From positions 1-26,024 of IMG/VR virus record IMGVR_UViG_3300049730_000183: a stretch of 26,024 bases of DNA. One strand, written 5' to 3'. The translations under genes were made by a program, and so were the position numbers. This DNA is from a virus (taxonomy: Duplodnaviria > Caudoviricetes). Shown here piece after piece: positions 8,857 through 18,133 of this stretch (position 1 is the stretch's first letter; each line of letters begins with the position of its first letter). The notes beneath the pieces were generated by a model. It did no database searches. It saw only the letters and a list, made by a program, of their open reading frames with translations, and was not told the origin of the DNA.

Positions 8857-9840
8857 TTAGTTGGCGATGAGTGTGAAGGAACCCGCCGTCTGGTTATACA
8901 ACCTGTAAACGAGATAGGTTTCGCCACCCACACTGATCTCGTCTGCGGAATAACCGTTCAGGGCCGTGGTGCCGTAATTGTCGATGGTGCTGTCGGCCAT
9001 CGAGGCCGGGAAAGTATCGATCATGAATCCGTTTGGCGCGGTCGGCCCACCGTAGGACTGCGGCTGTGCGACAAAACAATAGTTGGGCGTGCCGACGCTC
9101 GTGAATGCTGCATTGCCTCTGTAGTCCGCATCCTGGCGCGTCGATCCAAGGGCCTGCACTTCCGTTCCCGTGGTGAGACGAGGTGAATTGCTGCGGCCCC
9201 AGTAGATCGTTTTGGTCACGATCTGTGCCGTGATCCCCAGCGCTGCCTGGAGGTTCGTGGCGCCATACGTGGCGGTAATCGTTGCGGTCTTGTTCGCACC
9301 GACGGATGTCGTGTTGATCGTGAACGCTGCGACTGTGGCGCCCTGTGCGATCGTGACCGTTGGTGGCACGATTGCCTCGGCAGCATTGCTGGTGAGATTA
9401 ATGATGACGCCTCCAGCGGGCGCAGCGCTGGTGACCTGAACGGTGCCCGTGGCGTTGGCGCCTCCCTGAACCGACGTGGGCGAGATGGTGAAAACGGAAA
9501 GCACAGGCGCGGGTGGTTCTGGTCCAGGCGGTTGTTGAGGAAGCCATTCATCGCCATCCCAAACAGGAATGTCACCGACCACGTTCCCTGGAGGCAGCGC
9601 GCCCTGAATCAAATCTGCGACTAGAGTTTTGCGGGTGCCGAGATCGGTGGAATCGATGGCGAGGAAATCGTCGTCTGGTCGAGGATTGGCTTCGTAAGGT
9701 TGATCGAGGATCTTCTGCTTTTGCAGCGGAGGCACGACGGTCGGCACCCACTCGGTTCCGTTCCAGACGTTCATCAGGAGATCGCCCACAGCATTGCCCG
9801 GTGGCAATTCCTCGGCCTGGACTGAAATAAACGTCGCCAT
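8857..9840 (-). CDS. Virion protein with Ig-like domain (327 aa)
   Basis: ATG at 9840, 2 nt after the upstream TGA, preferred to the track's TTG at 9897. Central Thr/Ala/Val-rich beta-sandwich (TISPTSVQGG...GTVQVTSAAPAGG...VTIAQGATVAAFTINT...TITATYG). Confidence 0.8.
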   Translation of the reverse strand: MATFISVQAEELPPGNAVGDLLMNVWNGTEWVPTVVPPLQKQKILDQPYEANPRPDDDFLAIDSTDLGTRKTLVADLIQGALPPGNVVGDIPVWDGDEWLPQQPPGPEPPAPVLSVFTISPTSVQGGANATGTVQVTSAAPAGGVIINLTSNAAEAIVPPTVTIAQGATVAAFTINTTSVGANKTATITATYGATNLQAALGITAQIVTKTIYWGRSNSPRLTTGTEVQALGSTRQDADYRGNAAFTSVGTPNYCFVAQPQSYGGPTAPNGFMIDTFPASMADSTIDNYGTTALNGYSADEISVGGETYLVYRLYNQTAGSFTLIAN

Positions 9841-9842
9841 GT

Positions 9843-10721
9843 TCAGGAGGTCACTGTCATCGCCTGTGGCAGGCCAGGGAACCGGATCTTCAGCCAATCC
9901 TCAAAGCGCAGCATGATCCCGTTCATCTGCGCGATCAGTTCATCCGACAACGGCGGGACCGGGAAATGCGGGTAGATCCAGGCGTCCCATTTCTTCGCAT
10001 ATTCCCATTCCAAGGTGTTGTTGCGATATCCTGCCGAATCACGTTGGTAGTCCTGGCGAGTCAACAACCATTCGCCCTGGGGCAGCACCGACAAAACGTC
10101 AGCGGGCGCGTGAAAGACGTCACTGAGATCCTGATTTTTGTAGACGGTCGAAACGGTGCCTAGGTACGGCCAGAAGGTCGTCGCAGGTGTGAAACGCATA
10201 TTCTCCACCAGCGTGGCCTGGGGCACGTAGAAGGTATCGATGCCTCTGATGATCTTGTTTGCCATCGCGTTAATGTCGGCATCGGCCAGAGCAGATGGAG
10301 AAACCGGCGCGCTCGGCTTGCCTGCATCGATCATCTCATTGATCCATTTCCGCAGATTGAATTGGTCCGTTTGGGTGAGCGCTGCGATTTTTTCAATGAC
10401 CTTTGGATGTTCCCACAAGGGCCGCTCGAGCCTGTTCGATGAGAAATTCCACTCGATCGAGATCGGCGTGTTCGGATTGTAATCGGGATCGTTGGGATCT
10501 TGCGTGTCGCCAGCGCCCAGGGTGACCTTCGCCGTGCAAAGACCACCTTCATCAGCACTAATCGTATATGGAAAATTCTGGAGCTGAAGGGCGACCAGAT
10601 AGGCTTCAACATCTGCGCGACGACCTCGGAAGGTGCGGACGCGCGTGTCACCCTTGATCGGTTCAAAATCGCGATCGTCCTGCAACTCAACAACAGGTGG
10701 CCCGTAAATGGTCGATGGCAT
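9843..10721 (-). CDS. Putative distal tail/baseplate protein (292 aa)
   Basis: ATG at 10721 (MPSTIYGPP), 1 nt after the upstream stop; position directly after the tape-measure-like gene. Confidence 0.7.
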   Translation of the reverse strand: MPSTIYGPPVVELQDDRDFEPIKGDTRVRTFRGRRADVEAYLVALQLQNFPYTISADEGGLCTAKVTLGAGDTQDPNDPDYNPNTPISIEWNFSSNRLERPLWEHPKVIEKIAALTQTDQFNLRKWINEMIDAGKPSAPVSPSALADADINAMANKIIRGIDTFYVPQATLVENMRFTPATTFWPYLGTVSTVYKNQDLSDVFHAPADVLSVLPQGEWLLTRQDYQRDSAGYRNNTLEWEYAKKWDAWIYPHFPVPPLSDELIAQMNGIMLRFEDWLKIRFPGLPQAMTVTS

Positions 10722-10722
10722 T

Positions 10723-11631
10723 TCAGTTCGACAGTTGACCGGTGATCGAGGTTTTGATTTCGACGAGGCGCGCCTCGATCTTCTCCAACTGTCGGTTCTG
10801 TCGGCCCATGAGAACCTGCGCGGGCGATCCGAAGATGTAACCGCCGACGCGCTGGAGCGCATCGACCTGGGCTTTGTAGAGGTTGTGGCGATCCTCTTTT
10901 TCAGGGAGGACGAGTTTGCGCGGTTTATCTTTGCCCTGGGACGCTTTCAGGGCCGCTTCAGAATCCTTCCAGAATTTGAGAAGGTCATCGAGATAGCCCA
11001 ACCCGCCTGGGAACAATGCTTCAGCCTTTCCCGTCAGGAATTTATACATCCCGACGATGTCCATGTTCTTCGCCAGCGTAATGAGTTGCTTGACCTGGGC
11101 GACGGCATCCTTCGCGACGTTCTTTAGAACATCGATGACACGAATCAGGAAGGTCATCCCGGTCGCAATCATGGGTGCCAACTGCACGAATAGTCGCTGG
11201 AAAACATCATAGAGGTGCGCCAGTTCATCAATCTTGGCCGCATCAATGACCGACCCTGATTTCTTGATGTCATCGATCATCTCCAGCAGTTCACGTTTCT
11301 GCTGCGCGGTCGCATTGCTGTTTCGCAGAATCTTTTCTGTGAGATCATCGACCGAATGCCCGTAGCGCTGGCTGATCTGTTGCAGGGCCTGATACGTCTC
11401 GACGTCCATGTCGAGTTTCGCGGCCTCGCGCCGGATCTCGGCGGCGTCGCGAATGCTCTTCTGCGCGACCGCGATCACGGCGCCGGCGCCAAAGAACCGC
11501 AGGAAACCCGATTTGAACTGGCGCCCGATGAACGCACCCGCAGGCTCGGCAACACCGCGCAACCGGCGCAGGCCTGCGAGGAACGGATTGATGTCCAACC
11601 CGACTTTGCCCTGGAGTTCAGCGTTGGGCAT
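10723..11631 (-). CDS. Short tape-measure-like protein (302 aa)
   Basis: N-terminus ELQGKVGLDINPFLAGL resembles TMP starts; helical and Ala/Leu-rich with hydrophobic patches; follows the tail tube and chaperone genes. Confidence 0.7.
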   Translation of the reverse strand: MPNAELQGKVGLDINPFLAGLRRLRGVAEPAGAFIGRQFKSGFLRFFGAGAVIAVAQKSIRDAAEIRREAAKLDMDVETYQALQQISQRYGHSVDDLTEKILRNSNATAQQKRELLEMIDDIKKSGSVIDAAKIDELAHLYDVFQRLFVQLAPMIATGMTFLIRVIDVLKNVAKDAVAQVKQLITLAKNMDIVGMYKFLTGKAEALFPGGLGYLDDLLKFWKDSEAALKASQGKDKPRKLVLPEKEDRHNLYKAQVDALQRVGGYIFGSPAQVLMGRQNRQLEKIEARLVEIKTSITGQLSN

Positions 11632-11633
11632 TT

Positions 11634-12179
11634 TCAGTTGCTGGCCGCGCGGACCAGTTCCTCACGTTCAGAAGGCGAGAAGGGCATCACACGTCCCATG
11701 CCTTCCTGTTCCATCCAGCCGTAATAATCCCACAGCGCCTGCGCGTAGCCGACGTCGTCGACCGTCTCGGGCGAATAATTGAGGCGCGCCAGGAGCACCG
11801 ATCGCAGATGCTGGCTGAACGGCGTTGGCGTCTGGCGCGGTTTCTTGGTTTCCAGGACGACCTCGGGCGGTTCGGTGTGATAATCCATGAAGGCAATCCA
11901 CACCGAGAGTTCCTCGGCAAACTTGAGGCGACGAATGCGCCGCGCGCTGATCAGTGTTCGCAGACCAAGGGAGAGAGATCGAAGGCGCCGCGCGAAAACC
12001 TGATGTGGCCGACTGCAAATGAGCGCAGCCATCCACAGTTCTTCGAGATGCGGTGGCGCGATCAGTTCCAGGGATTCGAGCAATCGAACATGGCCCAGGG
12101 TAAGTGTGCGCAGCTTGAATCCGCAGCACCGAAACACCATCGGCAGAACGCATCGATCGCTTAGATCTTTGAATGTCAT
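11634..12179 (-). CDS. Putative tail assembly chaperone
   Basis: ATGA-coupled to the tail tube gene and precedes the TMP-like gene; FKLRTLTLGH-type N-terminal motif. Confidence 0.65.
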   Translation of the reverse strand: MTFKDLSDRCVLPMVFRCCGFKLRTLTLGHVRLLESLELIAPPHLEELWMAALICSRPHQVFARRLRSLSLGLRTLISARRIRRLKFAEELSVWIAFMDYHTEPPEVVLETKKPRQTPTPFSQHLRSVLLARLNYSPETVDDVGYAQALWDYYGWMEQEGMGRVMPFSPSEREELVRAASN

Positions 12180-12595
12180 TCCGTTCCAGTAAGCGCGCGC
12201 ACCAATTCAAATGTGTGAACACTCTGGCTCGTGTTGGTGACACCGTCCTCCACGTTGGTCACCTCCCACAAACCCATTCCAGGATGACCGGCGTTCGCGA
12301 ACACCAGATTAACGACGGTCCCACATGGAGGGATGTTATTGGCCAGATCGGCAACCCCTGGCGTGCTGCTGGCCGGATAGCAGACAAGCCGCGCGGTTTC
12401 TTCTTTGCCGTGATAGACGTGCGTGGTGATGTCGCCCACGCCATTCTTCAATTTCTCGAGTTCGCTTTGATTCGTGATCGTGAACTCGGTCGGCACCAGA
12501 TCTTTGGTCGCACCATCCCACATGATTTGCGTAGGCAAGGTCGACCATGCGGTCTGTTTGCCGGTCTGCGTGACGCCTCTTGCGGTGGCTGGCAT
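12176..12595 (-). CDS. Putative major tail tube protein (139 aa)
   Basis: Thr/Gly-rich beta-type protein in the canonical position between the terminator-like and chaperone genes. Confidence 0.65.
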   Translation of the reverse strand: MPATARGVTQTGKQTAWSTLPTQIMWDGATKDLVPTEFTITNQSELEKLKNGVGDITTHVYHGKEETARLVCYPASSTPGVADLANNIPPCGTVVNLVFANAGHPGMGLWEVTNVEDGVTNTSQSVHTFELVRALTGTE

Positions 12596-12602
12596 AGGAA
12601 AA

Positions 12603-13151
12603 TCAGGTCAGTTGTTCTTCTGGCTCTTCATCAAAATCGCGCGCGCAAACCTGGACCTTCAACGTCAGTGTGTAGATCCGCACGCGCCCATCGCGATCGC
12701 GCGTCTGCTGTCGTTCTGGCTGGATGGCGAGACATGTGAAATTCTCCACTTGTTCAGTCAGCCGCTCGGGAAGATCGGACCGGTAGAGCGCGCGGTAGAC
12801 GTTGACAGCCGTATCCTCAAGCACGGCGAGGACGTCGGGTTGATCGGTCCATTTGTCGCCTGGGATTTTGATAACGACGTGCGCCTCGCCAACGTGGTTG
12901 CCAATCGGGAAAAGGCCTTCTGGCTCGGTGACCTGGGTGCAACTGGCGATGATGACGGGCAACTCAACGTCAGCAACATCGCCTTCATCGGTGAGGACGT
13001 TGAATTGCAGTTTGAAACCGCGATGGAACTCGATGTGGAAACCCTGATCATTGACGACATACTTTCCGTGGCTGGTATACCACAGCGTGACGTTCTGACC
13101 GCTGCGCAGCCATCGCGCGAGAGCCTGTTCGGTTTGAAGGCATAAACTCAC
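12603..13151 (-). CDS. Putative tail terminator/completion protein
   Basis: GTGA overlap with the upstream stop; LPVIIASC motif and position before the tube gene. Confidence 0.6.
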   Translation of the reverse strand: MSLCLQTEQALARWLRSGQNVTLWYTSHGKYVVNDQGFHIEFHRGFKLQFNVLTDEGDVADVELPVIIASCTQVTEPEGLFPIGNHVGEAHVVIKIPGDKWTDQPDVLAVLEDTAVNVYRALYRSDLPERLTEQVENFTCLAIQPERQQTRDRDGRVRIYTLTLKVQVCARDFDEEPEEQLT

Positions 13152-13948
13152 GCGGCACGTTTCCAGGCGTTTTTACTGCGGGTTCCAAGCACCACCAGTT
13201 CCTGCTCCAGATTCTTGAGAATCTTCCGGTGGCTTTTCCGCATGATGTTCAGGCTGCGACCGGCGCGTTGGATGTAGCCCACGAGGTTTCCGAAAATGAT
13301 GAACGGATGAAATCCAGAGAGACGTCCCTGGTATTTCCCTCGGCCACTGTGACGCGATGCCCATGCCGGGAAATGGCGCGGGCGCACCTTGAGATTGATC
13401 GCAGCCTCTTTCCATCCCGACCGAGCGAACCCGATCTTCTTCTGCACCTCGCGAATGTAGGTCTGGATGCGTCCTGCATTCGTGACGAGGTGCCGTTGTG
13501 GCGTTCTCATCACACGCCCGTTAACACGCCTGCGCTGGCGCTTGTGAAATGCCGGATCAACTGTTCGCGTCACTGCTGCGTATTCCAGGCCGTTCGCCTT
13601 CAGGATCTTGTTGGCCTCATCCATGCGACCACGGCGTGCAGCTCGCCAGAATGCTTTACCAACATCACTGGCGGGCGAGGCCTGCGGACCGATCATCTCC
13701 AGGATTTCCGCAGGAACAAACACGCGCTCGATGTCACGTTTGATGGCCTCCCGACCCACTTCGAGCGCGGCGCCTGGAGTCTCGGAAAACGGATTTTTCC
13801 CAACCGGTGGTGTTAATCGAATGCACATCTCGACCCATTGGCGGGCGACACGCCGGATGATCTCGGGCGGTTCCTTTTTGAGCGCACCGTTCAACGCAAC
13901 GATGCGCTTTCTCAAAACGGAATTGTCGAATTCGATGTGCGGGTTCAC
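13148..13948 (-). CDS. Basic neck/tail-completion protein (gpZ/HK97 gp10-like position)
   Basis: GTG at 13948 overlaps the upstream TGA; very Arg/Lys-rich, with RLTPP and GFARSGW motifs. Confidence 0.7.
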   Translation of the reverse strand: MNPHIEFDNSVLRKRIVALNGALKKEPPEIIRRVARQWVEMCIRLTPPVGKNPFSETPGAALEVGREAIKRDIERVFVPAEILEMIGPQASPASDVGKAFWRAARRGRMDEANKILKANGLEYAAVTRTVDPAFHKRQRRRVNGRVMRTPQRHLVTNAGRIQTYIREVQKKIGFARSGWKEAAINLKVRPRHFPAWASRHSGRGKYQGRLSGFHPFIIFGNLVGYIQRAGRSLNIMRKSHRKILKNLEQELVVLGTRSKNAWKRAA

Positions 13949-14283
13949 TGGTTTGGACTCGCCAGACTGAAAATCCACATCGCGGGCTGCGGATCGATAT
14001 CGCGGATCTGGAATTCGCGCAGTTTCTTCGGCAGATAGACGGTGACACGCACGCCTTCGCCCAGTGGCAATCCAGCGGCTGCGATCTTGTCCATTTCCGC
14101 AGGAGTCACGCGGATCTCGCCACTGAAATCCTGGCTGAACCCGCCCATGTCCAGGTTGTTTCCCTGGCGCCCTTCAAACAGGCAACGATAGCGCGTCTTC
14201 GATCCATCGATGGTGAATTCGACGTGGAGTTCATCGACGAGCAGGCCCATCGCTGCCTCGATGCGCTGATGCAACGGTCCCAT
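13945..14283 (-). CDS. Putative head-tail joining (stopper, gpFII-like) protein (112 aa)
   Basis: ATG at 14283 (MGPLHQ); small beta-rich protein with LDMGGF; canonical position after the capsid genes. Confidence 0.65.
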   Translation of the reverse strand: MGPLHQRIEAAMGLLVDELHVEFTIDGSKTRYRCLFEGRQGNNLDMGGFSQDFSGEIRVTPAEMDKIAAAGLPLGEGVRVTVYLPKKLREFQIRDIDPQPAMWIFSLASPNQ

Positions 14284-14291
14284 CAGCCATT

Positions 14292-14552
14292 TTACTTTTT
14301 GGCCGTGTGTTTCTGCGCAGGCTCGCTCTGGACCGGTTCGGTCACAGGAACAACAGGAACGACGGTCAACTGGCCCAGATCGAGTTCCTTCACCAATGCA
14401 TTGGCACCCGCTACGCCAGCAGCCGGTTTGCCCTGTTGTTTGAGAGCGCCCAGGCATTGGCCTTCGACATAACGGCGCGCAGCGTCATCAGCATCCCAGG
14501 CCTGGATAAAGTAACCTGGGCCATGAGTGGTAACGCAGTAGAACTCTTTCAT
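14292..14552 (-). CDS. Hypothetical protein after major capsid (86 aa)
   Basis: ATG at 14552 (MKEFYCV), 5 nt after the capsid stop; the track's longer start overlaps the capsid gene. Confidence 0.65.
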   Translation of the reverse strand: MKEFYCVTTHGPGYFIQAWDADDAARRYVEGQCLGALKQQGKPAAGVAGANALVKELDLGQLTVVPVVPVTEPVQSEPAQKHTAKK

Positions 14553-14557
14553 AGAGT

Positions 14558-15457
14558 TTATGCGGTCGCGACGCGAACGAGCGCAGCATTGACCTTCGCT
14601 GCACCACAAAGCGCCTCGAACGAGAACCACATCTTGCCGCTCTTGCTCGAATACCAGCGCCGATAGGTCATGCCGATATCGGTTTCGTCATCGGTCACGA
14701 CATCGGAGGCCTCCATCACGCGGTTGCTTTGCGGCAGAAGCGTGCGAACCGCCACGGCCAGGGATGAACGGTGCGCGAAGAATCCTTTGAGCGCGCCAGC
14801 GTCGACAGTGCCAATACCTGTCGTCTCGTAAACCGCGCTGAAGCCGTAAAGCCCAGGAATCTGGCCACCGCGCACGGCTTCTGTCCCGCCGAAGTTCTGT
14901 GCGAAGAAAACAGCATCATTCAGGAGATTCGTGAAATAAGCCGAATCGAGAACACCGGCCGATTCATCTGGTCGCGCGCCCTTTGCCGTGAGTTTCCCGC
15001 GCGCATCCAGGACATCGTCCTTCGTAAAATCGGTTGCGGTCGCTGCGACGGTTTTGTCGCCTGCGGCATTGCCGAAACTGGCTGCGGTCACCAGACCGCA
15101 AACGTAACCAAAAACGCCCGCAGCGACGGCCTTACCCAACTGCCCGCCGATGCCCATGAACATATCGGCGCTCGATTCCATGAACTCGCGATCGCTGATA
15201 TGCGCCGAAGCGTAGAGATGCTTTGTCAATGAGACAGGCACGCCAGCATCGGTGGAATCGGTCGTCTCATAGTCGCCCGCGAAGTCAACTGCGGTGCGCG
15301 TTTTCCAGTTCGGGACGTTGATCGTGTCGCCCTTTTTCGCTGCCTCCGCAGAGATGTTCGTCGAGAACGCGTAGAGCGGCGCGAGGATCTTGTTGAGCTG
15401 GGCGATGCCTTCGCGGGCGATGATCTTGTCCTGAATTTGTGTAAATGCATTAGCCAT
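14558..15457 (-). CDS. Major capsid protein (HK97 fold, 299 aa)
   Basis: Follows the protease/scaffold; MANAF start, KKGDTINVP, and GGQIPGLYGF..YET motifs typical of P22/N4-like coat proteins. Confidence 0.88.
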   Translation of the reverse strand: MANAFTQIQDKIIAREGIAQLNKILAPLYAFSTNISAEAAKKGDTINVPNWKTRTAVDFAGDYETTDSTDAGVPVSLTKHLYASAHISDREFMESSADMFMGIGGQLGKAVAAGVFGYVCGLVTAASFGNAAGDKTVAATATDFTKDDVLDARGKLTAKGARPDESAGVLDSAYFTNLLNDAVFFAQNFGGTEAVRGGQIPGLYGFSAVYETTGIGTVDAGALKGFFAHRSSLAVAVRTLLPQSNRVMEASDVVTDDETDIGMTYRRWYSSKSGKMWFSFEALCGAAKVNAALVRVATA

Positions 15458-15483
15458 ACGTCAGAGGTGTTGGATGTGATCGG

Positions 15484-16605
15484 TTATCGGGTTTGGCGCA
15501 GGCGTTGGAGGCGTAGCAGTGCGTGCCGGTTCTCGTTGAGGAACTGATCCTTCGCTTTGCCCTCAGGCATCGCGTTGTATTGATCCAGGATATCGTCGCT
15601 GGTGGCGCCACCCTCGGCCTCGGCTTTGAGATTCAGCGGCTCACCAGAATTGGACGGCGGTGCTGTGCGCGCGGCTTTCCCCTGAGGTGGCGTGACCGCG
15701 ATGCTGCCCAGCATCTTCTGCGCTTCCTCCTGGTCCTTGAGGAACAAACTCGTCCAGAGCGCAATCGACTGCTCATCGTTCTTGATGCGACCGGCAGCGA
15801 TGGCATCTGAAACGGCGCGATTGGCGACCTGTTGGCGCAATTGCTGGTTGGATTCGTTTGCGGTCTTGAGATCGCCCTTAAGCGTTTCGAGAACCCTGCG
15901 GTGCGCCGTCACAGAGGCATCGATTTGATCGAGCATGTCCTTTTCGGGCGCGTCGACAGCGGTGATAAGCTTTAAAGCGACTAGCTTTTCGAGCACGGCA
16001 TTCATGACTGGTGTCTTGGTTTTGATTATGGGTGGATGTTTGAACTTCGAGAGGTCGACCGAGGCAGTTATGGTGATCGCCTCGGTCACTTCATCAGCGA
16101 AACCAAAGTCCTCGGCTTCTTCAGCCGTGAACCAGCGCTCATCGCGCATCGAATCTTCGATTTCCTTTCGTGGTTTCCCGCATTTCGCCTCGTAAATTGG
16201 CACGATGAGATCGCGGAATTTGTCGAGGACTTCGGCCTGCTTGCGCATATCATCTGCATCACCCAAGACGAATCCCTGAGGATTGTGGATCATGAGCATC
16301 GTGTTCTCGGGCATCACGAGACGCCGACCGGCCATTGCGATGAAACTGGCGGCGCTTGCTGCCCAACCATCAACGCGCGCCGTCAGGTGTTCACGCCGCT
16401 CCGCAAGCTTCGTATAGATGGCCAAGGCATGCGTGACGTCTCCACCTTGAGAATTGATGGCCAAATCGATCTCCTGTCCCTTCGGGATCTGTTTAAGTGC
16501 GCTGATGAAGTCCTTGTCGGTCACGCCGAAGCCACCAATCTCGCCGTAGATGCTGATCTCTGCGACGTCAGCCTGATTCCGAATGGTGAACCACGTCTTA
16601 TTCAT
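15484..16605 (-). CDS. ClpP-type (S14) prohead protease fused to C-terminal scaffold-like region (373 aa)
   Basis: ATG at 16605 (MNKTWFTIRNQ). Motifs IYGEIG, INSQGGDV, GWAASAAS (catalytic Ser), LMIHNP (His) and ERWFTAEEA..FGFAD; coiled-coil C-terminal half. Confidence 0.93.
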   Translation of the reverse strand: MNKTWFTIRNQADVAEISIYGEIGGFGVTDKDFISALKQIPKGQEIDLAINSQGGDVTHALAIYTKLAERREHLTARVDGWAASAASFIAMAGRRLVMPENTMLMIHNPQGFVLGDADDMRKQAEVLDKFRDLIVPIYEAKCGKPRKEIEDSMRDERWFTAEEAEDFGFADEVTEAITITASVDLSKFKHPPIIKTKTPVMNAVLEKLVALKLITAVDAPEKDMLDQIDASVTAHRRVLETLKGDLKTANESNQQLRQQVANRAVSDAIAAGRIKNDEQSIALWTSLFLKDQEEAQKMLGSIAVTPPQGKAARTAPPSNSGEPLNLKAEAEGGATSDDILDQYNAMPEGKAKDQFLNENRHALLRLQRLRQTR

Positions 16606-18133
16606 CGCTGGCGAGGACTGGTTCTCGGGTTTCTTCTTCATCCTCTTGCTCTTCTTCTTGCTTCGAGGATGATCGGATGGATGAATTCGGCGGCATCGAT
16701 GGGAGAGAATTCGGGTTTCCGAAACCAATATATTGAGGCGGGATTCCTCGCTCTTCAGCCCCTTTGAGTATATCAGCAACTTCGTCCAGGAATTGGTTTG
16801 TTTCCCTCTTTGCGACGAGTTGAAATCGCCCGAAATATTCGCGTCGGGTCATCAGGCCCATCTTCACATCTTCCCGGTCCTGGGCAGCCTCGCGCCCAGC
16901 GTCGACTGTGAGATCTTTCGGCATTTGCCAAGAGACTTGGCGCCAATCCACGGGCGGATCGGTGAGATCTCCCGATTCAATCGCGGCCTGAATGACAAAT
17001 TCATAATGACGCTGGAATTGAGAGGCGAAGTCCTGCTGCCAATTACCGGTGACACGTTGAGCCATGGCCAGATCACGCCGCGTATCGGCCCCACCAACCT
17101 TCATCTGGAGCAGAACAGAGGGAGGCAGGTTGGTTGAGAGGCAAATGGTGTTGGCCAGGAAATCCATGAATCCCTCCCATGTGGGCGAAGGTCGTTTGGG
17201 TTCCCAGGGCACAACATCATCGCCGTGCGCCAGAACGATCGTTTCAGGACCAGCGATCTTCTTGTAATATTCGATCTTCTGGTCAGTCGTTGCGGTGGCC
17301 GGCGCGGCACCATCGTAGATGGCCTGCGACACATCGAGTTCCCCAGCCGCATTCTTGATGACATCTTTGCGCGCACTGAGGGATTTCACCGCCGATTTCT
17401 CGAGTGCGAGGATATCCTGGATGTCATGCGCGGTGTTGATCGCAGTGGCCAGGACGCTTGCGCCACGGTACTGGCGCGCTCGCTCGTAATTGAGATGTTG
17501 GATGAGCAGTCTCGCGGGAATCTTTTGGAATGCGGATTTGTCCTCGGACGATTCCCACACCGTGAACGAGATCGGGCGCCCGATCCGATCGAGGTTCACG
17601 CCATCGGGCGTGCGGTTCTTCGTGCTCTCGGGTGAACGCACCAGATGTGATTCGACGAGCTGAATTGCAGGCCGACCTGTCTCTGGAACCGCCGTCTGGT
17701 AGCTGAAGATGTCGCCATCGAGGAAAACGGAGCGCGCGACGACCCGCTGCATCTGCCACCAATTCATCGCCGTCTGAAGATCGGGCGATTTCGCCCAATC
17801 CAGGAACGCAGTGAATGCAGCAGTGTTCCATTCCTCGCTGGCTGAAGCAGGAACAGGGATGAGTCCAGGGCCGATCGTGAGCGTGACGAGGCGCTCGATC
17901 AGCGCGCGTGTGACCGGCGAGTTGCGATAAAGATGGCGCGCCCTTCGCAGCAGTTCCCGACGCGTGCATTCGTCGAGATCAAACCGCGCTTCGGTGATGC
18001 TCGCCCATAGCGTTGAGCGAGTGGGGTTCGGGAGCGCGCCATCGTAAGCGCCCGTGGAATAGTTCCTGAAGCGCAGCCGCGCAGGCGAACCTCCTGGATC
18101 GAGAATGGCTTTTACGCCGTTACGCGCATGCAT
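16598..18133 (-). CDS. Portal protein, lambda family
   Basis: RRARHLYRNSP, DGDIF, QYRGASVL and WQMP..LTVDAGREA motifs; 511 aa; located before the protease. Confidence 0.92.
   Translation of the reverse strand: MHARNGVKAILDPGGSPARLRFRNYSTGAYDGALPNPTRSTLWASITEARFDLDECTRRELLRRARHLYRNSPVTRALIERLVTLTIGPGLIPVPASASEEWNTAAFTAFLDWAKSPDLQTAMNWWQMQRVVARSVFLDGDIFSYQTAVPETGRPAIQLVESHLVRSPESTKNRTPDGVNLDRIGRPISFTVWESSEDKSAFQKIPARLLIQHLNYERARQYRGASVLATAINTAHDIQDILALEKSAVKSLSARKDVIKNAAGELDVSQAIYDGAAPATATTDQKIEYYKKIAGPETIVLAHGDDVVPWEPKRPSPTWEGFMDFLANTICLSTNLPPSVLLQMKVGGADTRRDLAMAQRVTGNWQQDFASQFQRHYEFVIQAAIESGDLTDPPVDWRQVSWQMPKDLTVDAGREAAQDREDVKMGLMTRREYFGRFQLVAKRETNQFLDEVADILKGAEERGIPPQYIGFGNPNSLPSMPPNSSIRSSSKQEEEQEDEEETREPVLASDE

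Noticed and set aside
11634-12179. Programmed frameshift in the tail chaperone
   Set aside because: I saw no convincing slippery heptamer, and a single ORF fills the space up to the TMP-like gene.
9843-16779. Track's extended starts (10862, 14457, 14630, 16779, 13978, 9897)
   Set aside because: They overlap upstream genes substantially; downstream starts next to the preceding stop codons fit better.
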